From positions 79,298,001-79,362,000 of the forward strand of contig OX597825.1 of NCBI GenBank assembly GCA_951406725.2: a DNA stretch of 64,000 bases, written 5' to 3'. Shown here one piece after another: positions 11,722-25,033 of this stretch (within the stretch, counting starts at the first letter, position 1; every line of letters begins with the position of its first letter). The position numbers were made by a program, and so were the translations under genes. Under the pieces are notes generated by a model, which was not told the origin of the DNA, ran no database searches, and saw nothing but the letters and a program-made list of their open reading frames with translations. This DNA is from Octopus vulgaris. Its lineage: Eukaryota.

Positions 11722-12076
11722 CAAGTGTGCCCCCTGACTTTGTTTCCTCATAACTTTCAGAAAAATGGAATTTTTAAATGAAATTTTCTACAGTTACTTT
11801 TCAGATTGTGCAGATTACGATTATAACAGAATTCAATGTAAAAAAAAAAAAAAAAGATGGGCGCGTAGACATAACTGACACAAAGTTTTCAAAATTTTAA
11901 TTTTAGGCATATATGCGTTTTATGTCAGTATGTATATATCTTTCTTTTATTACCATCTTTTTTTATTACCATAAATTCTGATATAATCGTAATGTACACC
12001 ATCTGAAATGATTTTCATTAAAAATATATCAATTTTTCAGAAAGTAATGAGAAAGCAATGTCAAAGTCAGTGGGGT
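11722..12076. mobile_element. MITE-like element with long imperfect inverted repeats; related pieces at ~12370-12500, 40560-41550, 45600-45940
   Basis: ctgactttg..ctcataactttcagaaaaatgga..gattacgattata mirrored by tataatcgtaat..atttttcagaaagtaatgag..caaagtcag. Confidence 0.55.
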
Positions 12077-13631
12077 AGGAGGTACATTTGGGTAGGAATG
12101 ATCAAATGTCCAACGCTTTAACGATTTTGTCTGACAACCGTTCAGCATTTAGTTCCCTCCCTTTATTTCCTGAGATCGTCTTCTGGTTTAGCCCTAGGTC
12201 ATCCCTGTTTGAGCAGGCCAATGATCGTTTTCTCTCTTGTCTCTTCTCCCTCTCCAAATTCTTGGCCCTTTAGCTGAAACCAAAAAGTAGTGTAAAAATT
12301 TTTGTTGTAAAAATTTGAAGGATAAATAGATTGGGCGTCTACTAAGAGGTTCTGGCATACACACAACTGTGCTAGCTCCATCCCTCCGGATTTGTTTCCT
12401 CGTAACTTTCGGGAACAGGGATGTTTTTTAAGGAAATTTTCTACAAACACTTTTCAGAGGATGTAGAATCCAATTATATTGGAATTTAGTGCAAAAAGAG
12501 AAACTGGTGGACATGCACATGTGTAGACACACCTTACATTATTATGTATGAAATGAAATTTGAACTTTTGAAAAAAATTGAGTAATGAGTGGAATGCATC
12601 CCATCCACAGAAAGCAGAAGGGTATGCATTCAAGTTTGGTCAGGTGTATACTGGGGTAGAGTGCAATGGTTGGGCAGTGATATATGACAGATGCAATATA
12701 AGCGTTCTCTGCTTGACCTTTCAGAAACAGCTGTCTCTTGGCCCATTTCTGGGTGAGATGGGCCCCCCCCCCCCCTCGTCATCACCTCATCCCAATTCTT
12801 CTCCACCAGGAGATCTGGAACAAACCCAAATGGTATTCCTCTGAAGGGTCTCTGGAGTAATGTTACTCAACAGGGGGCAAAAATCAGAGATCAGCGAGTC
12901 TCTCCAAGTCAAGCCATTCCTTCCTCGGATGGAAAGGTCACAGTTCTGGTACTACAGACCAAGAACAAAATGGTTGGAATATATCCAGAGTCTCAGTTGT
13001 AATCAACTTACTCCCTCCCCTGAAGTTGTTGACCTTGTGCCAAAATTTGAAGCCAATATTTGTTTTCTAAGGTGGTGAGCTGGTGGAATCATTAGCATTC
13101 TGAGCAAAATGCTGAGTTCAAATTCTACTGAGGTCAGCTTTTTGCCAATATTTGTTTTCTAACTTGGGGTCCACTACATCAGAAATTTTTGTTGTTCTAA
13201 GGGGATATAATCAATAAAATCAATGCCAGTAGTTGATTGATAATTGTTTCATCAACCTTGATGGGATGAAAGGCAAAGTAGCTATCTGCTGGATTTGAAC
13301 TCTAAACATAAAGCACCCTGAATAAATACCACAGAATATTCTGTTCACCACTCAACTGATTCTACTTTCTGCCATCTCTGGCAATCTTCTTATGATACTG
13401 ATTTATAATTCCATCTATCCTTCCATTTTCTCCATAACTCTCCCATGTTATAAGGATAGAGTTCTTAGGCCCCTCCTCTGCAGGGTCCTATGAGAAGCAA
13501 CCATCATTAGCCTTTCCAACTGGATTCCCAATTGGGACCAGCTGAGACTATGGAGAATATCTTACCATTTTGTTCTTGGTCTACTTCTAGGTCTCCAGCC
13601 AGTTGGCTTGGCTTGAAGAATTTGTCTTATG

Positions 13632-14370
13632 ATTCTTTCCTGTGACATTCTAATCCTGTGTCTGTAGTACTAGAGCTATGACCTCTCAATGTCAAGAAGA
13701 GAGGTCACAGGCTTGACCTGGAGGGACTCAATGACCTCTGAGCTATGCACCCTCTCGAGTAATGTTATTCCTGAGACCTTTCGAAGGAACACTATTTTGG
13801 ATGCTTGCATGTTCAGTTATTATTATCCAACATCCACAACCATGAGCGACAATTGTTAGAGCTTTGGAAAAAATACTGAGTATTATTTGTCCTGGATTTT
13901 TACAATATAAGTTCAAATCCTGCTGAAGTCATCTTTACTGTTCATCCTTCTGGGGTTGATAAAATAAAGAATTAGTCAAAGTACTGGAATGCTGCCTTAT
14001 CTCTTTGGGCTGTCATGTCTTTAAGGGGTTCACTTGGGTGAAGAGTTGTGAGAATGTCTACATTTGTTCATGGTTACAAGGATACCTCAAGGTGTGGTGC
14101 CTCCAAGTTGTAGTTGACTGTGAGTGATGGTTGTGTTATCATTTAGACACAAGACTAGACATTCCATTCTCTCTCTCTGTGTACCATGTCTGCAGTCTGA
14201 AGATTCATGATTTCGCCGAAATGTTTCTGGAGTAACGTTATTAGATAGAATGCATAGCTCAGGGGTCAGGGAGTCTGTTCAGGTCAAGCCTGTGACCTCT
14301 TTTCTTGGCATTGAGAGGTCACAGCTCTAGTACTACAGACACAGGATTAGAATGTCACAGGAAAGGATAA
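13632..14370. repeat. Inverted pair of LINE-derived repeat copies (~13632-13790 vs ~14215-14370)
   Basis: cctgtgacattctaatcctgtgtctgtagtactagagct..tcacaggcttgacctg is reverse-complementary to caggtcaagcctgtgac..agctctagtactacagacacaggattagaatgtcacagg. Confidence 0.75.
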
Positions 14371-14379
14371 TATTGCAAT

Positions 14380-15175
14380 AATATTGCAACTGAAACTGGC
14401 TGTGGACAAGTGTACCACCATGCATTTTGGGAGAAAAAACCCTGAGTCCACATACTCCCTCCACAACACTGATATCAAGAAATCCTCTTGTGAGCATGAC
14501 CTAGGCATCACTGTCAGCAGTGATTTGCGTTGGACAAAGCATATCTCTAAAATTGTCAAGAAGGCCGAGGGTGTCTTGGCATCACTCAGCAAGACTTTTG
14601 TTAGCCACTCTCCAGCCATCTATTTAAAACTGTATACAGCTATGGTACGACCACACTTGGAATTCGCATCATCAGTTTGGAACCCCTATCTTGCTCAGTA
14701 CATTGACCTCCTGGAATCTGTTCAGAGACGTGCAACCAAACGCATACCCTCCATCAGACACCTACCATACTCTGAGCGCCTTGTTTCCCTGGGCATGGAT
14801 TCACTGAAGCTCCGGCGTCTGGCGATGGACTTGGTAAACACCCATAAAGTTATCAACCACCTCACCAACAACAACACTGAACACCTTTTTGATCTCCATG
14901 TGTCCAACACATGTGGACATGCCTACAAAGTCAGAAAACAACACAGCTCCCATGACTTTCGGAAACATTTTTTCACGCTCAGAGTTGCTGAAGCATGGAA
15001 CAAACTGCCTGCGTCAGTTGTTGACTGTCATGACACTACATCCTTTAAGGCCCTCATGCTTTCTGAAATCCGCCGAAACTACACCTGATTATACATACAC
15101 TTTAGATGAGTTGTAGTGCACCTGAGCACTGTACACAATGTTTTATTATTATTATTATTATTATATTATTATTTT
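14380..15175 (+). mobile_element. 5'-truncated CR1/L2-group LINE (RT C-terminal domain, 3'UTR and (ATT)n tail)
   Basis: The 234-aa ORF contains KC..MHFGRKN, DLGITVSSDL.W, LYTAMVRPHLEFASSVWNP, LESVQRRATK and FFTLRVAEAWNKLP; a second fragment lies at 31060-31280(-). Confidence 0.92.
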
Positions 15176-16964
15176 CTGTTGCCTTCTGCCAGGTTACTAG
15201 TTTCCAGATATCTTCAGCTCATCCTTAAAGACTCATTTAATCCTTCAGAGATGGAGACTAGTTCACATGACATCAGGTTATGCTTACACCCTAGTGAGCC
15301 TCAATGAGACATCTCTAAGGGACAGTCATCCTCAAAGTCCTTACACCCACAATTTCCTGATGGATGCAATTTAACCATTTTGTTTTCTTTTACACTTCCC
15401 TTGTTTCAGTCATTGGACTGCGACCATGCTGGGGCACCACCTTGTAGAATTTTAGTCAAGCATATCAACCCCTGAACTTATTTATTTTAAAGAGCAAGTA
15501 CTTAATCAGTTGGTCTCTTTTGCTGAACCACTAAGTTACAGGGATGTAAACATAGGCGCAGGAGTGGCTGTGTGGTAAGTAGCTTGCTTACCAACCACAT
15601 GGTTCCGGGTTCAGTCCCACTGCATGGCATCTTGGGCAAGTGTCTTCTATTATAGCCTTGGGCTGACCAAAGCCATGTGAGTGGATTTGGTAGATGGAAA
15701 CTGAAAGAAGCCTGTTGTATATATGTATATGTATATATATATGTGTGTGTGTTTGTTGCCCCAACATCGCTTGACAACTGATGTTGGTGTGTTTACATCC
15801 CTGTAACTTAGCGGTTTGGCAAAAAGAGACCAATAGAATAAGTACTAGGCTTACAAAGAATAAGTCCTGGGGTTGATTTCCTCGACTAAAGGCGGTGCTC
15901 CACCATGGCCACAGTCAGATGACTGAAACAAGTAAAAGAGTAAAAGAGTAAAAGAGAATATACCAACACCAGCTGTTAAGTGGTGGCAGGGTGGGGGACA
16001 CAGACACAGACAAAAAGACACAAACACACATGCACACACACACGCGCACACACACATGCACACACAAACGCTCACAAATGCGCGTGCGCACACACACGCA
16101 CACACACACACACACACGCACACACATTCAGTGGGCTTTTTCCAGTTTCTGTCTGCCAAATCCACTCACTGTACCATGCAGTGGGACTGAACCTGGAACC
16201 ATGTCACAACTGCACCTGATACTATATATAAATAGCTTAGAAAGATATTACTATACTTCTGCTAAAGTCCACTGCTTTGGATGTGATTAATTTCCAAAAT
16301 AACGAAGAATTTAATGAAGCAACTTAGCCGTTACTAAGCTGGCATTTAGAACATAAAATTAACAGGAAATTTTGATGGAAAATTTTATTTTAAACCACTT
16401 CAAAACAGAAAAAGTTTTTATCATGGAATCTGAGGCAGTCTCGGGTGTGTTGGTTTCAAAAGGATTGACATCTTGCACAAGAGAATTTTGAAATGTTAAG
16501 GGGAAGATACAGTTGATAAAATTGACCCAAGAGCTTAACAGAAACTTATTTATTTTATCAACCGCACGAATATAAAGGTTAGTTAGATTTGAATTTGGGA
16601 CATATCTATAGCTTCTGCAAAACATTCCGTCTATCACATTATTGATTGTGTTGTTTACTGCACTGCTTAATATATTAATATTAAATATAACGGAAAGAAG
16701 ACGAAACCATAAAATGGAGAACAGTGTACACACAGATATCATGTATTCCCAAGACATGTGAAAATAAAACAAAGAATTCTTTACTCTTGGGAGAATATTC
16801 GTAATATCACTAATGAACAGGGACGTGAAATATGTACTTAACAATGTTAATTGATCTCGTAATGTTAACAAACGATTCCTCCAATGACATTGTAATCATC
16901 AGTAAGAATAACAACAATAATTATGATAAAGATAATATCAACAACAGCAATAATAATTGTTTTT

Positions 16965-17177
16965 TTCTACTTTAGGCACAAGGCCTGGACTTTTAGGGAA
17001 GGGAGTTAGTTGATTACATCGACCCCAGTTCCTGGCTGGTACTTATCTTATTGACCCCGAAAGGATAAAAAGCAAAGGCGACCTTGATGGAATTTGAACT
17101 CAGGACCTAAAGATGGAAGAAATGCTGCTAGGCATTTTGTTTGCTATGATAACGATTCTGCTAGCCTACTGCCTTGT
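16965..17177 (-). mobile_element. Second tRNA-like SINE family; other copies at ~17558-17770, 27530-27738, 39080-39210, 58118-58300, 59875-60080, 60100-60313
   Basis: Shared ggcacaaggcc..atcgaccccagt..ggtactta..gaccccgaaaggatgaaaggcaaagt.gacct.g.ggaatttgaactcaga..tgctaacgattctgccagct. Confidence 0.85.
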
Positions 17178-17181
17178 TATA

Positions 17182-17272
<91 letters not shown>

Positions 17273-17776
17273 ACTACTACTACTACTACTACTAATAATA
17301 ATAATAATAATAATAATGAGAATACTAAAAATGAACCCGACTGCTCTCAAAAATTAAGTAAAAAAAAAACATCCAGAATCCTTGTCCGGTGCCAGATCGA
17401 TCCCAAAATCTAATCAGTTTGTGCCAATCAAGAGGTCAAACATCCCTGAAAGTTTCATTTGAATCCATCCAGTGATTCTTGAGATATCTTGTCAAAAGTC
17501 AAACAAACATGACTGAAAACAATACCCCCACCTTCACTAAGGCAGAGGTAATAATCCTTTCTACTCTAGGCACAAGGCCAGAAATTTGCATGGAGGGGGC
17601 TAATCAATTACATTGACCCCAGTCTTTTACTGGTACTTAATCTATCGACCCTGAAAGGATGAACGGCAAAGTTGACCATGGCAGAATTTGAACTCAGATC
17701 ATTAAACCAGATGAAACACCACTAAGCATTTTGCCCAGCATGCTAACGATTCTGCCAGCTCGCTGCCTTAATAATG

Positions 17777-17835
<59 letters not shown>

Positions 17836-17836
<1 letters not shown>

Positions 17837-18630
17837 TCCTTAAACAACCCTTATTCAGGGACCTTTTGAGCAGGATGGGCTACTCGATCTGAAGAAAATT
17901 CTAACTGGGCTCCACCTGCAAGGTCATGTGCTGTTTATCTTGATATGAGATCACCATGTCGCGCACATATGGTTGTGATGCATGTGCCTGGTGTACCCTT
18001 ATCAGACGGGTAGTCATGATGGGTATACTGGGCTTCGTATATTTTACCCCAGTGTCACTTCGATGGCATGCTCTACTCGCTCACTCAATAATAATAATAT
18101 TAATAATAATGATAATAAGCAAAATGCGTTTGAACAATTGGCTGATAGGTGGGAACAAAAACCTCTGCAAGGCAAATCTGTGGCTTGTAACAAACAAGCT
18201 GATGTAGACCAGAAGCTCACCCATCAGTGGCTACGGAGCTCAGGGCTAAAGGCAAAGACTAAAGGCTTTATCTTGGCTGCCCAAGATCAGAGGTTATTGA
18301 CCCGGAACTATCAAGCCAATGTGACGAAAAATGGGATAGATCCAAACTGCTGATACTGCAGCGATGGGATAGAAACTGTTGACCACCTAATCTCTGGGTG
18401 TAAGGTTTTAGTACCTGTAGAGTACAAATCAAGACATGACAGAGTTGGCCAATATCTACATTGGAGAATGTGTCAGCATTATAAAATCAAAATTGCTGAC
18501 AAATTGTACAACCACCACCCTGAGGCTGTAACTGAGGGAGATAATGTAATGATTCTTTGGGACTTTCCAATATGTACAGACTATCAAAGCAAATAAACCA
18601 GATATTGCTGTGAAAGACAAAAGCAATAAA
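17836..18630 (+). mobile_element. R4/Dong-like (RLE-endonuclease) non-LTR fragments within (TAA)n repeats
   Basis: 18115-18630 translates to WLRSSGLK..GFILAAQDQ, a CCHC knuckle C*YC..IETVDHLISGC, RHDRVGQYLHW and ILWDF..ANKPDI; a 3'UTR-like block at 17836-18087 is flanked by (AAT)n. Confidence 0.85.
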
Positions 18631-18696
18631 GCAGTGATGGCGGGGGGACAAACACTGACATAGATATATACATATACACACACTCACACACATCTA

Positions 18697-19603
18697 TTGG
18701 GTCAGCCCATAAATAACATGGTTTTTTTTTTACTTCTTTTATTTTTAAAATTAAGATAAAGTTCTTTTTTAACCTAAAATACACTCTCCATTTTCTACAA
18801 TGCTTATCTGTCTATCTGGTAAATTTACAAGGCCCCTCTTCCAAAATTCACTTGTCTATGATGAAAAATACTCCTCCAGTACTGTTCTGACCTTGTCTAC
18901 AGAATTCCTATTTTTTCTGTCGAAATGGTTTTGAAGAATGCAGAATAAATAATAATCAGATGGGGCAACGTCCAGCAAATATGGTGGGCGAGGCATCATT
19001 TTCCATTTAAACAGCTCCAGCTTTTGGTATGTCACCTGTGTGGGTGAGCATTATTCTGATGGAAGAATACCTTTCATCTTGAAACCAAAGATAGTTGTTT
19101 TCCAATGGCATTCAGGTGTTGATGAGAAGTTGCATGACCAAATCCAAGCTTCTCTCCTAGTTCCTCAACAGTTACAATGGGAATTTGCTCCACCAGGGTT
19201 TGCAGGACATCCTCTTCCTACAATCTTCCAGGACGAGGCTTGTCTTCTAGGCTGTAGTTTCCAGCTTAGAATTTCTGGAACCACCATTGACACTGGCTTA
19301 CACTTATTGTCTGATCCCCATATAATTCATTAATATTCCTTGCACTTTCCATTGTTTTGTTGCCTTTATTGAACTTATAAATAAAAAAAATGCCAAATAT
19401 GCTCCTTTGTCACTTCCATTATAGCTTTGAAAAAATAACTGTGGAAACCAAACTGCACTCTTCAAAACTTGCACTAAGAATAAGTACAAGGTAGAATTAC
19501 TACCTCCCTTTATAGCAAGTTAATGCAGGTAGTTTATTCTCTCACCTTTTGACTTTTAGTTCATGCAATTGAAAAAAAAACACATTATTTATGGGATGAC
19601 CCA

Positions 19604-19604
<1 letters not shown>
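18697..19604 (-). mobile_element. Internally deleted mariner element
   Basis: TIRs ttgggtcagcccataaataa / ttatttatgggatgacccaa with TA on both sides; minus translation PPYLLDVAPSDYYLF (YSPDLAPSDY motif). Confidence 0.88.
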
Positions 19605-19653
<49 letters not shown>

Positions 19654-20269
19654 ATATATATCTCGCAGGAGTGACTGTGTGGTAAGAAGCTTGCTTCCCA
19701 TTCACATGGTTCTGGGTTCAGTCCCACTGCGTGGCACCTCGGGCAAGTGTCTTCTGCTATAGCCTCGGACCGACCAAAGCTTTGTGAGTGGATTTGGTAG
19801 ACGGAAACTAAAAGAAGCCCGCTGTATATGTGTGTGTGTGTGTGTGTGGGTGGGTGAGTGTGTGTGTGTGTGTGCGTGTGTGTGTATGTGTATTTGTATG
19901 TTATTTGTATGTTTCTGTTCATCCCCCCACCATCGCTTGACAACTGATGCTGGTGTACTTTTGTCTCTGAAACTTAGCGGTTTGGCAAAAAAGACCAATA
20001 GAATAAGTACTAGGCTTACAACAAATAAGTCTTGAGGTCAAATTGTTCAACTAAAGGTGGTGCTCCAGCATGGCTGCAATCAAATGACTGAAACGAGTAA
20101 AAGAATAAAAGAATATATATATAAATATCGGGGGCAGGGGTGGATAGGTGGGGGTGAATTTTATTTATTTATTTATTTATCTATTTATTTATCTTTTTTT
20201 GATGATATTTTTGTCAAGGCCTTTGTATTGTAGCTGGAAAATATATTCATTTAAATCGACATGGAGACC

Positions 20270-21900
20270 CAACCACAACTACAACAGCAACAACAACAAC
20301 AACTAAAAGTGCAGCAATTGAAATAAATACACGTACGATGGTAACAATAACAATGACAACAGCAACAACAACAACTGCAATTTCAGCTACAACAACAACA
20401 ACAACCACAGCAACTACAGCTACTGCGACAAATGCAAAGCAAGAACCACCAGCACCACCACCAGCACCACCACCACCACCATTATTACTGCTACCTCGAC
20501 TACCACCATCACCAACACATTCGCCGCTGTCCCCCCCATCCACTGCTACCACCGGCACCACCACCACCACAACCGTTATTACTACTACCCCCCACCACAA
20601 TCACCAGCACCACTACCACCACCACCACTACCACCACCCCACCACTGCCACCATTATTACTGCTACCACCACTACCACTATCACCAACACATTCGCTGCC
20701 GGTACCACCACCACCACCACTACCACCACCACCACCACCACCACCATCACCACCACCACCTCCGTTACTACTGAAGCATTGTGTAGGAAGTAAAACAATT
20801 TCCATGGATGATCCCTGGAGATTTCGCTGACATCACGATCCTGGAAGCGGAGAGTTATTGTGGGAAGCTTACAATGGATTGCTGGCGATGATCACGGTCA
20901 ATAATCTTTGGCTTGCTTTTCAGTAAGCTCTGGTCAGTGTTTCGGAGGCAAGGCTTTGGTCAAGCTGAAGGCATTGGAGGAGCGAGATGTGGAGTGTTGC
21001 AGGGACGGAACGGTTTAGGGGTTTCAGAATGTAAAAAGGAAAAACAACAACAACAACAACAGCAGCAGCAGCAGCAGCAGCAACAATGATGATAATTGTG
21101 GTAGCAACACTGATAGGGAAAGTAATAACAACAATAGCAACGACAAACTAATAGCAACAACAACGACAACAACACCATCAGGAACAACTGTAACAGTTGT
21201 AATAACAGTATCAACAACAACAACAGCAACGACAACAACAACAACAATAGCAACAGCAACAATGACAACAATTACAACAGATTAGCAACAAGTGAGAAAA
21301 ACGATAGCACCAACAGGAAAGTCATTACCACCACCACCACCAACACATCCACCACCTTCGCTACAGCCACCACCACCGCCGCCGCCACCACCACCACCAC
21401 TACAGCCACCATCACCATCACCACTACCACCACCATCACTACAGCCACCATCACCATCACCACTACCACCACCATCACTACAGCCACCATCACCATCACC
21501 ACTACCACCACCACCACTACAGCCACCATCACCATCACCACTACCACCACCATCACTACAGCCACCACCAACACCACCACCACCACCACAACACCACCAC
21601 TACCACCAGCACCAGCACCAGCACCAGCACCACCATCATCACTACAGCCACCACCACCACCACCACCACTACTACCAGCAACAACACCACCAACAACTAC
21701 AATAACATCAAATGCAACATCATTAGTGGCATTGGAAAAACATTATTGATACCAGAAACACTTGCATCGTTGACAGCCATTAAGGTCTAACAAAAGCAAT
21801 AACTATAATGATAGTTATTACCATCCTGTCCCCTCCTCCTCCTCCTCTTCATCATCATCATCATCATCATCATCATTGTCATCATCATCATCATCGACAT
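20270..21900. repeat. Compound trinucleotide low-complexity block (CAA/CAC/CAG/CAT) including ~36-bp tandem units at 21360-21570
   Basis: Direct inspection; source of the poly-P/T/H/V ORFs. Confidence 0.9.
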
Positions 21901-22280
21901 CACTATTGAACACCAATAAGGCGAAGGATCACCATCATAAATGGATGAGAAATCCCTTCTGTTGATTTGGCTTGCGTGACATGATAAACATCCTTCGGAT
22001 ATGTGTGAGAAGATTGAACTCCAGCATCTTTATCTTCCTGACCAGGTGAGTGATTTACCTCTAAAATATACCTGTCTTTTTTTTCTTTTACTTGTTTCAG
22101 CCATTTCACTGCGGGCTATATGGCAGCGCCGTCTTTAAGTCGAGCAAATCGACCCCAGGACTTATTCTTTGCAAGCCTAGTACTTATTCTATCTGTCTCT
22201 TTTGCCGAACCACAAAGTTACAGGAATGTAAACACACCAACATTGGTTGTCAAGACATGCAATCATATGTATATATATAT

Positions 22281-22391
<111 letters not shown>

Positions 22392-22396
22392 CATAC

Positions 22397-22433
<37 letters not shown>

Positions 22434-22472
22434 CATTTATATATATACATATATATATATCTCTATATATAA

Positions 22473-22548
<76 letters not shown>

Positions 22549-22714
22549 GATGGACTTCTTTCAGTTTCCATCTACCAAATTCACTCACAAGGCTTTGGTC
22601 AGCCTAAGGCTAAAATAAAAGACACTTGCTCAAGGCGTTACGTAGTGGGACTGAACCCAGAACCATGTCGTTGGGAGGCAAGCTTCCTACCACACAGTCA
22701 CATCTGCACCTATC

Positions 22715-22794
<80 letters not shown>

Positions 22795-22798
<4 letters not shown>

Positions 22799-23096
22799 TG
22801 GTCATGGCTCACTCTAGCACCATTACAAATCAACCACAAAATACATGTTTCCCATGAAAGTGTGAGCTAACAATCGTACTGACTTTCATGGGAAACATGT
22901 ATTTTTGTGGTTGAAACCTTTTGGATTAACTGGTGCTAGAGTGAGCCATATGTGACCACTCTCTTATATTTATTTTGTAAAAATATTATAATATATTATA
23001 AAATATTATAATAATCCAGGTTTTCGGAGCACTAGGCCACTTGGTGTTGAATAGATATACTATTAAATTAGTATCTAATTCTCTCACCCTTATTAA

Positions 23097-23102
<6 letters not shown>
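22795..23102 (+). mobile_element. Dispersed, 5'-inverted copy of the 535-bp array unit (lacks the hammerhead)
   Basis: 22860-23102 matches 7442-7690; 22795-22861 is an imperfect inverted copy of 22882-22962; both flanks are (TA)n. Confidence 0.88.
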
Positions 23103-23154
<52 letters not shown>

Positions 23155-23273
23155 TATACAATATAATATAAATGAATATTTTCAAAGAGGAAGAATTTAC
23201 GGATTTTTTTCTTACGAGGTTTTTCACGCTGACTACTGATAATTTCTTTTAAAGATTTTATCCTCAATTGTTA

Positions 23274-23312
<39 letters not shown>

Positions 23313-23380
23313 ACCGCGTGTGTACCGTTGGCAATGTTTTTCCCACTGTCTTCCCTTCTCGGGATCTTTCCTTCTCCTAT

Positions 23381-23415
23381 GTTTCCGACGAAGAGCTCTG
23401 CTCGAAATCTTAAAC
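23381..23415 (+). ncRNA. Minimal, degenerate hammerhead-like motif in a Penelope-like end (~23290-23515)
   Basis: GUUU CCGACGA A GAGC-UCU-GCUC GAAA UC UU AAAC; the core has U4C and stem III is essentially absent. Confidence 0.5.
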
Positions 23416-23533
23416 CCTCCTTCTTTCCTTCTTTCCTGAGCGTCCAATAATACTATATTTGTTCCACGTCCTCGTGTTGTTGTGTTTTTTTGTGCTTTCT
23501 TGTTTGGATTAACTATATATCTATCTATCTATA

Positions 23534-23581
<48 letters not shown>

Positions 23582-23647
23582 GGTCCCAGGTTGATTCGGG
23601 GTTAACCACAGTAAATAAGGTACTCAATACATAGCAGAGTAAAATTA

Positions 23648-23780
23648 ATTTATTATATAGAAGGAGCTTTACAGGACTAGAACTGTTTCATTCAAGAGAA
23701 ATCTTCAGGAAGAGCTTCCTGAAGATTTCTCTTGAATGAAACAGTTCTAGTCCTGTAGAAGCTCCTTCTATATAATAAAT
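23648..23780. mobile_element. Fold-back (~65-bp arms) Penelope-like end containing a type I hammerhead at 23712-23764(+) and its mirror copy
   Basis: GAGCUUC CUGAAGA U-UUC-UCUU-GAA-U GAAA CAG-UUCUAGUC-CUG UA^ GAAGCUC; the arms are nearly perfect reverse complements. Confidence 0.8.
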
Positions 23781-24571
23781 ATATATATATATATATATAT
23801 ATGATGGACTTCTTTCAGTTTCTGTCTGCCAAATTCACTCACAAGGCTTTGGTTGGCCTGAGGCTATAGTAGAAGATTCTTGCCCAAGGCGGCAGTGGGA
23901 CTGAACCTGAAACCATAAAATCTTTTATGTCTTATCTTTTTTTCTTTGTATCATTCTACCACTTGCTTCAGTCATTGGACTGCAGCCTTGCAGGGGTGCA
24001 ACCATGAAAGGGTTTGGGGAGATGGATCACCCCCTACCCACTACCAACACCACCACCACCACCAGGCTGCCAGTACTTGACTTATGTCTTTTTTTTAAAG
24101 CCTGGTAATTATTCTACAGGCCTTTTATGTTAAACTGTTGAGTTATGGGAATGTAAACAAACCAAGACCAATTGTGATGTAGTGGTGGAGGACAAACACA
24201 AACATAGATATACATACACATAGAGGACACAAACATAGATATACATACACATAGAGGACACACACATAGATATACATACATACAAACATACATGCATATA
24301 TATACACACATGCATAGACACACATACATACACACATACATGTATGCATACATACATACCTACATACATACATAAATACAAGTATGCATGCATGTATGTA
24401 TACATACATGCATACATACACATACATACACTGACACACATACATACACACACACACATACATACATACATACATACATACATACATACGTACAATCATA
24501 TCTATTTATATGATGGTCTTTTTTCAATCTCCATCAACCAAATCCACTCACAAGGCGTTGGTTGGCTTGAA

Positions 24572-24616
<45 letters not shown>

Positions 24617-24691
24617 TTGTTGTTGTTGACGTTGTTGTTGTCGGTGCTGTTGTTGTTATTATTATTATTATTATTATTGTTATTGTTATTG

Positions 24692-24738
<47 letters not shown>

Positions 24739-24739
24739 T

Positions 24740-24957
24740 TATGTTTGACTTTTGCTTTATATTTGTACAAGTTGGCTCCAAGTCTCACCCAGAGACCTCA
24801 ATAGACAACAGGTTGGAAGTTCACATTGTTGTTATGCCTAGTGTGCCATATATTTGGGCTTTTTTTTGGTGTCCAAAAAAAAAAAACGAAAATTATGTTT
24901 GTTTTAAACCCTGAGATTATTTTTGTTTTATTTTTATTTATTATTATTATTATTTTG

Positions 24958-24960
<3 letters not shown>
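24740..24960 (-). mobile_element. 3' end of a non-LTR element (R4/Dong-like) within (ATT)n
   Basis: Short unique block with an A-rich tail on the minus strand, embedded between long (ATT)n tracts; the clade assignment is inferred from context only. Confidence 0.4.
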
Positions 24961-25023
<63 letters not shown>

Positions 25024-25033
25024 GCCAGGTCTA

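Noticed and set aside
16359-16871. 170-aa minus-strand ORF
   Set aside because: AT-rich, no recognisable domain, non-ATG start, and its end runs through a MITE fragment.
20247-21705. Pro/Thr/His/Gly-rich ORFs resembling extensins or mucins
   Set aside because: Open in several frames on both strands because of trinucleotide repeats; no supported gene structure.
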